DNA from: Balanoglossus misakiensis
Taxonomy: Eukaryota > Animalia > Hemichordata
DNA length: 64,000 nt
Direction of reading: 5' to 3'
NCBI GenBank assembly: GCA_040954595.2
Contig: CM082581.2
Location: forward strand, 12,845,921-12,909,920
The position numbers and the translations under genes are program-made. Below are positions 38,878 through 50,713 of the stretch, piece by piece. A model generated the notes under the pieces. The model saw only the letters and a list, made by a program, of their open reading frames with translations, was not told the origin of the DNA and made no database searches. How positions within the stretch are numbered: position 1 is the stretch's first letter; every line of letters starts with the position of its first letter.

Positions 38878-40350
38878 ATGAACTCGACAGCAAACTACAC
38901 ATTACTGGATTATACCAGAAATGATACCCTGGACTTCCAGGGGAGTACGTTAGCGTACAAAAATGACAGTGAGTCTTTATCAACCAGGAGTGATCGGAGC
39001 ACCAACACTTCTGTCACCATGGATTATTCAAGCGACGAGGGGCATTACTCGGTGGCGGGGGGACCCCTCTCGACCGTCTTAGAATTGACGGTGAACTTAA
39101 CTGTGAATATCACAAGATATGGCTCTTTAAATGATACCGAGACCCCGTCAGTGGACGAGACTTCCGTGTCTGTTGGTAAGGTCCTGTTGGGTGTGTTTCT
39201 GTGTCTGTGCTGTCTGGTCACAATCATGGGCAATATACTCATAATGGTCGCCGTGTCCAGGATGACGTATTTAAGGACCGTGACCAACTTCTTCATCGTG
39301 TCGCTTGCTGTCGCAGACCTGCTAGTCGGATCAGTGATCATCCCATTTACAATAGCGCTGGTCATGACGAACGATTATTGGCCTTTCGGTGTCGTCTGGT
39401 GTGACATGTGGCGATCGTTTGACGTTCTCAGTGCCACGGCATCCATCCTCAACCTTTCGGCGATCTCCTTGGACCGATACTGGGCAATAACCGACCCAAT
39501 GACTTATCCCGGTAGGATGTCCTTTAGGCGCGCGTATATAATGATATTTCTCGTGTGGTTCTGTTCGGCTGCCATAAGTTTCCCAGCTATTGTCTGGTGG
39601 CGCTCAGTCGACCCGCCCGACAACGGGAGACAAATGTGTCTGTTCACTGATGACACCACGTACAGAATCATGTCGTCCTGTGTGTCGTTTTACATACCGC
39701 TATTCATCATGGCCTTTTTCTACTACAGAATTTATCGTGCTGCAGCAAAACAGACTAAAAGCCTTAAAAGGGGCATCAAGACGCTGAATGGCGACGCAGA
39801 CACCGGTGGTGGAGCGCTGACGCTTCGGATTCACCGGGGAGGGGGCGCGGCGTCGAGGACCTACAGCAATCACTCCCAGGTAAACGGCATGAACTCAGAC
39901 GCTGACAGTGAGGAATCAATCCGCCAGAATTACAGAAGAGGCCATCGTATGATGCCCGGTAGACGCCTCCACATCAGCAAACGTTTAATTCGCCTGGCGA
40001 GGGAGCGGAAAGCCGCCAAAACTCTGGGTATCGTGATGGGGGTCTTCATCATTTGCTGGCTACCGTTTTTTGTGTTGAACGTCCTGTACGGAATCTGCGG
40101 GGACGCGTGCGTGTCAGAACCGGAGCTCTTCTACAACCTTTTCACGTGGTTGGGATACTTAAACAGTGGTGTTAATCCCTTTATTTACGCATTCTCCAGT
40201 CGCGATTTCAAACGGGCCTTCATCAAAATTCTGTGCACTTGTGTGCCACGCACTCTGAATACCCCGATGCGCTCCAGACAAATGCGGCTGCCTCGCAAGA
40301 ATTCCACCACGTTCACAATGACGGTAGAAACCACCATTCTCTCCGTGTGA
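38878..40350 (+). CDS. Dop1R2: Invertebrate-type D1-like dopamine receptor (INDR / Dop1R2 / DAMB family), 490 aa, intronless CDS
   Basis: 7TM aminergic GPCR. Family-typical strings: WCDMWRSFDV (D3.32), ISLDRYWAITDP.TYP.RM, ISFPAIVWWR, SSCVSFYIP (S5.42/S5.43/S5.46), LTLRIHRGG in ICL3, ERKAAKTLGIVMGVF, N6.55, NPFIYAFSSRDFKRAF. Confidence 0.9.
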   Translation: MNSTANYTLLDYTRNDTLDFQGSTLAYKNDSESLSTRSDRSTNTSVTMDYSSDEGHYSVAGGPLSTVLELTVNLTVNITRYGSLNDTETPSVDETSVSVGKVLLGVFLCLCCLVTIMGNILIMVAVSRMTYLRTVTNFFIVSLAVADLLVGSVIIPFTIALVMTNDYWPFGVVWCDMWRSFDVLSATASILNLSAISLDRYWAITDPMTYPGRMSFRRAYIMIFLVWFCSAAISFPAIVWWRSVDPPDNGRQMCLFTDDTTYRIMSSCVSFYIPLFIMAFFYYRIYRAAAKQTKSLKRGIKTLNGDADTGGGALTLRIHRGGGAASRTYSNHSQVNGMNSDADSEESIRQNYRRGHRMMPGRRLHISKRLIRLARERKAAKTLGIVMGVFIICWLPFFVLNVLYGICGDACVSEPELFYNLFTWLGYLNSGVNPFIYAFSSRDFKRAFIKILCTCVPRTLNTPMRSRQMRLPRKNSTTFTMTVETTILSV

Positions 40351-41365
40351 GAGGTTTCAAACAGTTTGTGGTGGTTGACACCGGTGATACACTGGGTTTC
40401 ACAACATTTAGTTGGACCGCAGGTGTGACGTTCCGCCGGGAGACGTGAAAGTGAGTTCGGCGGCGAGGCGCCGGGGTTGATGGTAGGACATCGCATGTAC
40501 AGCAGATAAGGACTGTGGTATGTCTAGCATCAGCAGATATATCAATATTCAATCTTTACCCTTTGGCTTCTTTCAGTGTAGTTTTGCATCTCATGATCCA
40601 TACAGCACAGGGATTCTTATTTGTTTTCACAGAATTTCCCTTCAGACTTGACCAGAAGCAAATGCATCAAAACAGTCGCAACTATTTTTAGAATAGCTCT
40701 ATAAGCACTTATATATTCGCAGCTTTCAATAATACTCAGCCTTATTACGAGTGAACGATTCAATTTTTTTATCGAACTTTCATAATCCGTACTATAATAA
40801 TTTGGACATATTTGGACATATCTGAACATATTTTCAAGGTAACGAACTTCAGTTAACATGTTGGTATAACTATATTACCATCCACATCAGTGGGCCGAGT
40901 AAAATTGCTTTTAGTAGTGGGCAGTTCTGTCAATGATTGTTCAAAATATTGGTTTTTGAGCTATCAACAAACCATATATTTAACAGAGCCACTCCACTTC
41001 TCACTCTTTCCACATGAACTTGCCCCAGGGATGCAGTTGCCTCGCCTGAATGAGATGACCGTGACCTAACTGCCATTGGCATTGGTAGCACGGTTCCACA
41101 AGAGATTTTATCAAGTATAAAGTTTTTGATTTCCTCGTTAGGGGCCGGATCGATGGGATGTAGTTCGCTATGTGTATGTATGCTGGATTTTATATGCCTG
41201 TCATTTTTATGTAACATTTGAACATCCCAGTCGAGAAGAAGTTCCCAAATGTTCAGATATCCTCAGTAAAGCTTCCAGGCATACTTTATCAGCGTGTAAT
41301 TATACCCAGCTTATGAAGGACCGCCTCTCTTTTGCAGATTTTATTTCAAGTGTGGTGTAGTTGGC

Positions 41366-41371
41366 AATAAA
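41366..41371 (+). terminator. Candidate polyadenylation signal of the dopamine receptor (alternative at 41519)
   Basis: AATAAA about 1 kb after the stop codon. Confidence 0.35.
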
Positions 41372-44300
41372 TTTCCGTTCAATTTTGAAACGTCAATGCC
41401 GTGTGCGTGAAATATTTATGAGCATCTCTACAGAGTCGACGGAGAAAACGTGACTAAGCGTGGACGCTGAGCTATGATTTTATTTTTACTCTTTAAAGTT
41501 TTGGACTGGTGGGAGAGAAATAAATCGGCACACGCCTTGGAAAAGTACATGCCGGTCATCCCCTCCAAATCAAAGGGCAACTGACCCGACTGGCATGGGT
41601 GGAACGTTAGAATGCAACTTCTTCCAATACAACCCCCAGCGAAAATGGGGTTTTACTGATTAACTGACACTATATAAAGCTAGCACATTTGTAAAATCAG
41701 CTGGACTGAACTTCCCCTTGAAAATATTTTAGTGCTCTCCAGTTCAAAGCCTTGCTAAACGAAACGGGAAACCTCGCGGTTCGAATACAGTTGGCGACAG
41801 AAGGTGTTTAGAGATTTCGAGAAGTGTGAAACAACGAAACAATACAAGAGTTCAAACTTATTTTGATTTCTATGCATGTTTGTTTTCATCACAATGTTAT
41901 ATCCAGGCTGAGTACTGACATGACACGCTCTTCTCTTTCATGTACACTGTTGGTGAAATTGTAAATTTGCTTTCAGACAAAGTAGGGTAAACAGAGGACG
42001 CACACAACAATGCGCGTCACTCAGTGGTCCCGTCTCCATGAATAACATTAATTAACTCCGATTTGCATTTCTGGTAACCCAGTTACTTTTTTCCAGCACG
42101 TTTGTTTTTTTATCACTGGACACGGCACGCATTTTATGGATCACGAAGTGTCAAGCTTTGCAAACATCCTCACGATTGTGTTAATAATTACATCTCTTGT
42201 CACTTGAGTAAAAAGAAAACAGCGTCGTTTTTAAGGAAATTCAGTTTCCCCGGGTTTTTTCCCCAGCTGACAACTTCAGCCAGGCTATCACTTGACGTAT
42301 TTGTTCACGCTTTCCCTGTCTACTTTCCCACACGGTCTATTAAAAAAGGCAAGCTCCTGTAAATCATAACACACTTCACAATCGCCTGAATAATGTGGAC
42401 CTTCGGGTTGATGCAACAGCTGTGCACATTTTTCTCACGAGTCGAATAACTCAAGATATGAATGACTATCCTATCGCCCATTCTCTTTGTATCTGGTCAT
42501 ATCTGCGTCAGTGTCTCTGTTGGGGGTCTTCTGCTGGTGCCCCTCACAGTCTGTCTACCCATATTCTGTTGCCTGTCTGTCTGACTATCCATCTCTTTGT
42601 TCTATGTCTCACCCCCTCCTCCTTTCTCTCTGAATCTTTGTTACCATAATATCCTCCCCTCCCCCTCTCATGATTCAAAGCGTCACAGTGTGTAATAACG
42701 GTGAAATGCTAATTTCCAATTTCAATTATTTGCGGTGTTAATACTACCAGGACAACCAGTGATCGTCCATGGGGTGATAGAGTTTAAATAATTGAAACCC
42801 TAGACAGCAAAATCTCAGATACAATAAAACACAACTATGCAGTAAAACGTCGCCCTTATGTAAGTTAGCCTTAATCCTTTCATGTGGAGTAATTGCTGTG
42901 TTGGGTCTACTTGTCATCAACTTGATTAGCACTGTAACATGGCCAGGGCGGAGTGTAAAGAGCATAAACTAGACATCAAATTGTCTTTAAATTACACCAT
43001 CGGTACAAGGTTGCTACTAGAATAATCAATATTACCAATAAACTACTAAATAAGTCTCTTTATCGTTGAATCGTGTGCCATATTATGCATTCAAACGTGT
43101 TTAAACCCCAATCACTGGCAACTTTTTCTTCTTCTGAAATGAGCCGTGTCTATAATGTGCCACATTCCCACCAGAATGCGTGCTTCCTAAATTTGAAAAA
43201 AAGAGATTTCTGTGACATAAATACGGACTTAATTCCTGCATTCTGCTATTGCATGTATGGGTTCCACCTTCTGCAAGGCGCGCATAAAGATTATGGCCGC
43301 TGCTTCAGCAGTCAATCAAATGCGAGTCACGAATTTTTATTCCCCGACCGCTCGGCAAATCAAAACCATGTTTTGTGTGACGTTGTGTGAATCTCGATGA
43401 AGCAGAAAATTCTCCTATTCGCGCAATCAGTGCGAATGCGGCAAACATTCGCCAGAGCTTTACCGTCAGACGCACAGGCATAAAACATGCACATTTTCAA
43501 ACAAGTGTATATGAGATGGCTCTTTCGTAAATTGGCCCACTTTTCTTCAGATCGGTAAAGATATGTATAAATGCAATGTGGCAGCGATTTAAGGGATTGA
43601 CCAGTTTTAAGTGACTGAGTGCCGGCGATTTTTGCCGACATGAAAGAAATTGTCAGAGTGCCACCCCACTCCCATCCACAATTCATGGCAATGAATGTAC
43701 CAAAATTTACAATGACTTATCTAACGCTTCTATTGGAATGATCACAAATAAGTTACTCTGCAGTAATTCCTCTATTGGCCATATAAACAGCAAATAGGGT
43801 GCATGCTGCGTGTGCAACAAGAATGCACATTTTTATGGCACATGTCTGTGAAATACTGAGCTCTATTGGCTATATTATTTCGAAAAACACTGTAATAGAG
43901 ATTGTTCGTAAGCACGTACAGAACGTAGGCTGGTTCAGTTGCGTGCACATGCGTGTCTTACCCGCGGCTGTAATGTGAGTGTTTGGCGTGGGTGTGAGAA
44001 AATTTCTTTGATATTGCAAAGGAGAGATCTAAACAGAAATAAAGAGAAGGGTAGTATCAACTGAGATGACTAACAGAAACTCATCATTTGAAGGAACTAA
44101 TGGGGTGAAGAGAAGAAAAAAGAACCCAGGGGAAATGGTTGAGTTAAGAAAGAATAAAGAAATGGTGGTGGTTTTGTTTCCATCGAACTTACCCTCCCCC
44201 ACAAACAAGCCGTGATGCTGAAGTGTTGTGTTAAGTTTGAAAACAACTCCCACTTAACTTGATGTATCCCGAGATGACCTCACTAACATGGGTACTCCCC

Positions 44301-47300
44301 CCCCCCCCCAGTCTGTTCAAATGACCTGTCTCTTAGTCGTCGCCAGTTATCGACCCAGTGCGCGACTGGCAAGATGTAGCCTCCCGCCAGGATTCTAATA
44401 CATACATTTATATTCAGTAAACGCCGTTTGAATACTCCCTCATCGCAAACGCGCTAAATTCCGCCCGATGAGGCTATGAAATTTGGATCCCTGCCACGGG
44501 AATCCTAGTCCCTTTGTCGCCTTTACTGCAGTATTGAAAAGATATGTCACGCAAGGCTTTGTTCTTCACTAAGGAAGATGAAGTTCAAGGAAGCTGAATG
44601 ACAGACTGATAAATCGGGGCCGAAGGTCAGGCGGGATTGAACACGAGCTGGGGTTGAAGGCAGATAGAAACTTAATACGTTTTTTTTACAATTTCCTGGA
44701 TTAACGACAAAAGTTATTACAGTAATTTAATAATAAAATCTCGACGCTATCCACCGGTTTTTCTCAATTTCAGATGGATTTTCCCGATATACTCTCACTT
44801 CGTCAAAAACTGCCATTGTTCATTAGGCTTTACCGAAAAATGTCTGAGGAATCACTTCGATAGATAAACAGACTTGGGCGACTAGTGAAATGACATAAGT
44901 AGAAATTCCCAGACCCTGACAGACAGCAGAGAAACAGCCAAGTATGGATGGAAATTTGCTAGTTCCTTCTGTTCAGAGCGGCTGAGCTAATGTGGCCATT
45001 TGCGAATTCCTCAAAAACAGGAAGTTCCGACCATACTTTCCCCCGCATCAATCTCAGACTCAAAGAGTGCCGGGAACCTGTTGTGTAAATTACATCACAT
45101 TAAATTGCATAGTTTTGTCCGCGTCTTAAATCGCCTGAGCTGTCGGTGAAAATGGGAAGATTAACTGACGTGATTCACCCGCCTAAAGATATATTCACGC
45201 AACACTGAAGGGTTGGTCAGCTGGGCCGGGCTGCTATTTTCGGCCGCAGGGGATAAATCTTGTCCCTGTGCTGGTATGATGATAAACGCATCAGTGTTGA
45301 CCTGATTCTTGCCGCCAGATTCCATCTGTTTTTTCAGCAGGTGAAGTTAGGCGGAGTCTCTACGCCACGGTTGACTGACTGGGCTTCTACGTCATAATGT
45401 TTCACTGATACACTTACTAACGCTGACTGAGTGAAGAGTTGAAATCTCAAACATTAGCACCGCAACGTTTAGAAACTATACAACATATATGATCTCATTT
45501 GCGAACAAAATGGCGAGAAAAAGTAAGGTTTTGAAGGGAGATATCTTTTTTCTGGATTTAGAAAGTGAATTTTCCAATTGAACACTGACAATAGCACAGA
45601 GGCTGGACAATAATCCCTGCTAGCCCTGCCCAGGGTTGACATCACTTTGGTGCAGTTCACTCTGTTGTTTTATATTACGATTATCTATTGTTATTATGTT
45701 TACCAAGAGATGCTTAATTACTGGTGATATTATACAAAAGTAAACAAAAACTCATGCATTTAATCACAGAAACAAGCTGGGACCTCATGGTGCCACATGG
45801 AAACTGAGAAAAATACACGCTCGCTAATTGGTACAAACCAACGGACAAATAAATGAAATATTTTGGTTTAGCAGTAACTTTGCATTTACAGGATATGCCT
45901 GAGATTTAGTTAACACAAAAAGTTACATGCAACTTGTCATGAATATTTCATAAATAAGAATATTTGCTTGAAAGGTTGTGTTCAGATGGAACCAAGAATG
46001 GAAACACGAAAAGTAACACGTAAAGCTGGGTCTTAAAGTTAAAGTAAACTTCTGAAGGCTCCCTACAAAGAAGGAGAAACTAAAGCTACTTGGGGTTCCT
46101 CGAGAACACGCTTGACATGAAGGCATTCCAAGTCAAGATCTATCGGTCGCCACCCAAGCAAAATGTTTACTGAAGACTTTGTTTCGGCCGACTTCCCCAA
46201 AGCTCAGTTTCAAGGGAGGTCTCATCTAAATCATTTTGTTATACTTGATGATTTATTACGTACATGGAAAACGTGGCATGGATGCCATAACTGCCGCGAT
46301 GGGATTTAATTAAAAATCGATACTTTAAAAAAGACCGTAATTTATCCGTTACATTTAAATTGAAACGGATCTGATGTAGGGGCACTTAATGCCGCCCTTT
46401 ACTGATAGATTTATTGTAAGCGAATGGTCCCAGAGGAGAGAGCCCTCTTAATTCTCTAACAAGGCCACCGTAAGGATCAACAGTAAATTGAACGTTCGCA
46501 CGGTACGATGTATCGGTTTTCCATCATGTCGACTATGTGCGATTTACGAGATGTCTGTGTTAATCAGTTCTCCAGATTAGCCGGCGTCTGGCCGATGGGA
46601 AAGTCGATTTTAAGGTTTAGAGAAAAGTGTCTTAATTCCTAGTATCAACGATGAATAATTTCTTCAGAGCAAACGTGGATGAAATGGCGAAAAATCCCAT
46701 TGCAATCGACGGAGCTAGTTGGAGATTCGTAACGTCAATCACCCTTGATTGGCGAACTTGGGAGTAGTGTTGTTCAGTCGACGATGACCACCACCACGAG
46801 TTTTCTTTATTAAATCACCCAGTATGTACCAAAAAATCACCTGGTGTGTGCCCTTATTTCTCTTATCAACATTGTGGACAAGGGCATGGCTATCGCTCGG
46901 CGAGGAACCTTCTAGATGACATTGGCAATCTCCTGCAACTTGAACTCATGCTACGCAGTTGATTTAATCTTCCCATCATCGTTTACGAAAAAAGCAAACA
47001 GTTATTCAGGGGATCTCATTATCGGCAGCAGAGAAATGCCGGATAGAATTAAACCTACGCAGCTGACACGCTAACTACTGTTTAATTGTTTTGATTTCCA
47101 ACACCGCAGCAGATTTGACAAATGGTCGAAATAACTATCTAAATTGGTTTATTTTGAAAATATTTGCAGTTCATGTTTGCTCAATTGTGCTAATTATGTG
47201 ATGGCCATTTGACAGCATGAAAGAAACGCTTTTGCAATGTAAACATGCAAGCTGTTACCCTTTCTCTGTTGTATTTTTATGGGAAACTGTAAATGTACGA

Positions 47301-47758
47301 CACAATCTTATCGTCAATAGAAAAGTGATGTTTGTCGCCCTTTTTTATTTCATCTGAACACATCTCACGCGATGATTTCTGATTTGTACTGACTACCGGT
47401 ACAATTTTGGTCAACCTAGAGATAGTTGGTTGGAAGGTTGGTGCGACCCACATAGCACACTGGAAAGAGGGCAAATACTCGCACCCCATGCAGATCTAGA
47501 GCAAATTAATAACATGTACCGCACGAAAAGACCGACCATTTCATACAACGGATTGACTTTGCTTGGACACACATTAATAGTTAAAGTCCAAAATATATGC
47601 CACATTCCACAGGGATTGCTGTTAGATACAAATTTCAATAAAATATTGCTGTAGTATTGAAACTAATTCAGTAATATGAGCTAGGCATTGAAGGCATTAA
47701 AATGTGTGCTATGTGTGTACGATACGTGAGGGTTAAAACGTGAAACATATCTGGAACA

Positions 47759-47777
47759 CCCCCCCCCCCCCCCCCCC
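47759..47777. repeat. Poly-C homopolymer (C19)
   Basis: Direct reading. Confidence 0.9.
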
Positions 47778-48374
47778 ACCATTTTGGGGCTATTTGTCTA
47801 TCTGCACGTAAATGTACATTGCAGTGTTCTTGGTGATAATGTTTGCATTACCGCGCTAGCTAGTCCTTCACCTTGCGTACGATTACCGCACCAGAAAATC
47901 ATTAAGGTTGACAAATGACCTGGGAAGGCAATTCTTGCCACCCACCCTTAAAAGCACGCATCACTGCCTCCTGGTTTTGCTGTGTAATTTTTGACGACCA
48001 GCCCGTGCGTGTATGCTGATTGGCAACGCTGTTTTGATTGTCTGCCTCGTCTTCATAACACCGAGTACAAGAAAATTGTTTCGCCCCCATTATGTTCTTT
48101 TGTCCCGACAACATGGTATGAAATTATGTGTATGTGCATTTTCCCAACATGGCGAAGCATCTGCTGCTGCTTGTACGAAAAACTCTACATATTGCACTGA
48201 CTTATTTGCGATTTCTCCCCACAAAGACACCAGCTGAAGCAAAATACCAGTTGAAGTTTTAGAGTCAAAATATGTTCTGAACCCCGCAGTGTGATGTTAC
48301 TGTTGAAATCTTTATAAATTTGATAGAAAACATTGCGTGTTTATGCCAAATTGTTTTGTAAAGCTCGCTGAATA

Positions 48375-48388
48375 GTTGCCACGGAAAC
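48375..48388. promoter_or_regulatory. RFX X-box motif
   Basis: GTTGCCACGGAAAC. Confidence 0.45.
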
Positions 48389-50690
48389 GCTTTTTGAACG
48401 TCACTCGTACTTTTTATGAATTTCTGTAGCCTAAATACAGCGTCTTTTGAAATGGAATTTCCATTCAGCCTCATAAGAATGCAAATGAGTACAGCTTCTG
48501 ATTTTTTTAGGAACTGCTTGAGGGTTGCGATAACAGATTGGCGTCAAAGGTTTTTAAAGTGAGCTGAAAAGTCTGTTATGATTTTTAACTCGACTCTCCA
48601 GTTGAGACGTGGTTTTGACAATCAAAACAAACAGTGGAACGTAATAAAACGATTTGGAAAAACGGGACGGGTTTCTGTATGATTGTTGAGATTTTGACGT
48701 TTACTGTCTGTCTGTGCGTTTGTGCAAGTGGTGCTTGACACCACAGTGCCATTACAGTTTTGCCAAATTTAAAAACAACACGATTTGTTTACTCTGGAAG
48801 AAACTGTGCCGAGCCATTAAAATGATCATGTTTAATGTGGAAAAAGCCCACTGGGACTATTCAAATAAATCTTACTTGGATTTACAGAAGACCCTGTCAT
48901 TTGCAAGTGCTAAAGATATTTATTTATTCAATTCACAGAAAAGGGTTCATTTGCATGACATCCAAACCGTCGATCGAGTCGATAGGAGTGAATGCTGTGC
49001 GTAGCATTTGGAACCAACTGTTCGCCTAGTTCGCACACTTGCAGGCTGTCGGAATTGATCGTAAGAACCATTACAGAGAAAAACCTTCATATTATCAATG
49101 CCATTAAGTCGCCAAGCGCGCATGAGTACAGATAACGGAAACATATCCAAGTAAAATAGAAGTTTGTCAGATTTTGAATATTGCACCTTCACAGTCCACT
49201 TCTGTCGTGAACGTCTGATAAACATCTTAGCAAAACAAAGACAGCGACCGGAACTGCATAATCGCACAGGTGTTTTCATATATTGCATAAATTTAGTAAC
49301 TAGTCTATTTTGACGACTGCCAGTCACATAGACCTCCACAGTGTACACGGCATCTGAAACACATAACCATGAATTTTATTGGTCCCATCAGTACCATGTG
49401 ATTTTATCACATATGAGCCTCTGACCAGGTGTAATAATAGTAATAACGCCAATTATCTATTCTATGCTTCTGAGTCTGCATGTACACAGTTCTGGGACGA
49501 AATAATATTCACTTTTTATGGCCATTTTTCATCATTAATTGGAATGGACTGTTGATGCACAATTTTCTCAATCAATAATGTCGGTGTTGGCAAAATCATC
49601 ACTAAAACTACTTTTTTTGCTCTTACATTATTGCATGTGTTTGGAAATAATGTATTGACGTCTTAAATCGTGCATTATAAATGCAAAAGCCATAGAGACG
49701 TGCAGATATTCTATGTTGCGAGCATCGCATTGTCTTGTTTTCTTTGCTGTGCCTGAGGGCTCTATGATTATTCAAAAAAGTTGTTTATCTCAGACCGCAT
49801 ATCTAAGCCCCACTTGAGAATGGCCCAACCGTTTGTCAAGACGAATAAAAAAACCCTCACAACTATAGGTCTTTCGGGACAAGAACTGAGGACTTGAGAA
49901 TCCTCGATTGACCGGTTACCCCGAAGAATCAAGCCGTCACTCAGCTCAGCTGGGAGTCAACTTTCTTTCGATCACGCACCCGCATTTTAGGCTCCCCCAG
50001 GCATCTCTTTGTCAATGTGGAGTAGACAATACCGCGTATTCTAAACTCTATGATTCTCACGAGAGTTAAAAGTGAAAGGAAGACGTTCATTGCAATGATT
50101 TCCGTGCACTCACCCCCAGATCTTTCAATTGCTAATGAATAACATTTTCATGTTTGCTTCTCACACATCACGCGAATTTATGCTGCCTGTGATCGTCTGT
50201 GTTCAACTCAAAACCGGAAACATTTTGTGTTGCTGAACACACGAAAGAAAACCCAAGGAGTTTGGAAAACTGCCTGATGGTACGGCGGTCGGACCTTGAA
50301 AGTGACTGGCACCGAAATAATTACCGCAATTATTTGCAATTGAAATTCCTAACCTGTACCACTTCTAATCAAATTGTGAACAAAGAATGTTCTTCAGGGT
50401 CAGGGGCATATTTCCAGAAAAAGGTGCAGTGTCCGTTCTGTGCTACAATCGACTTTGTATCCACACGTAATAAATATCCACCATTTTACAGAAGATCAAA
50501 CCAGTCAAATTTTTCTCATTATACATCTAACAGAGCTTGCTATCCATTTTTAATCTCAGTGTCCTGACCAGATTTTGATTTTAAAAGAGATCATTGCACT
50601 GTGTAATGGAGATCAAGATTAGCAAAAAATTCCAAAATTTTCAAGATGGATAATACCACTAACTGCCCTCGGATAGGGACTACACGGGCT

Positions 50691-50713
50691 CCCCCCCCCC
50701 CCCCCCCCCCCCC
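50691..50713. repeat. Poly-C homopolymer (C23)
   Basis: Direct reading. Confidence 0.9.

Noticed and set aside
40348-40430. Stop-codon readthrough extension of the dopamine receptor
   Set aside because: The context is TGA-G rather than TGA-C(TAG), and the downstream frame is short and featureless.
48013-48105. LIGNAVLIVCLVFITPSTRKLFRPHYVLL resembling GPCR TM1-ICL1
   Set aside because: An in-frame stop lies just upstream, no LAxAD/TM2 follows, and no other GPCR exons were found; probably chance unless a profile search says otherwise.
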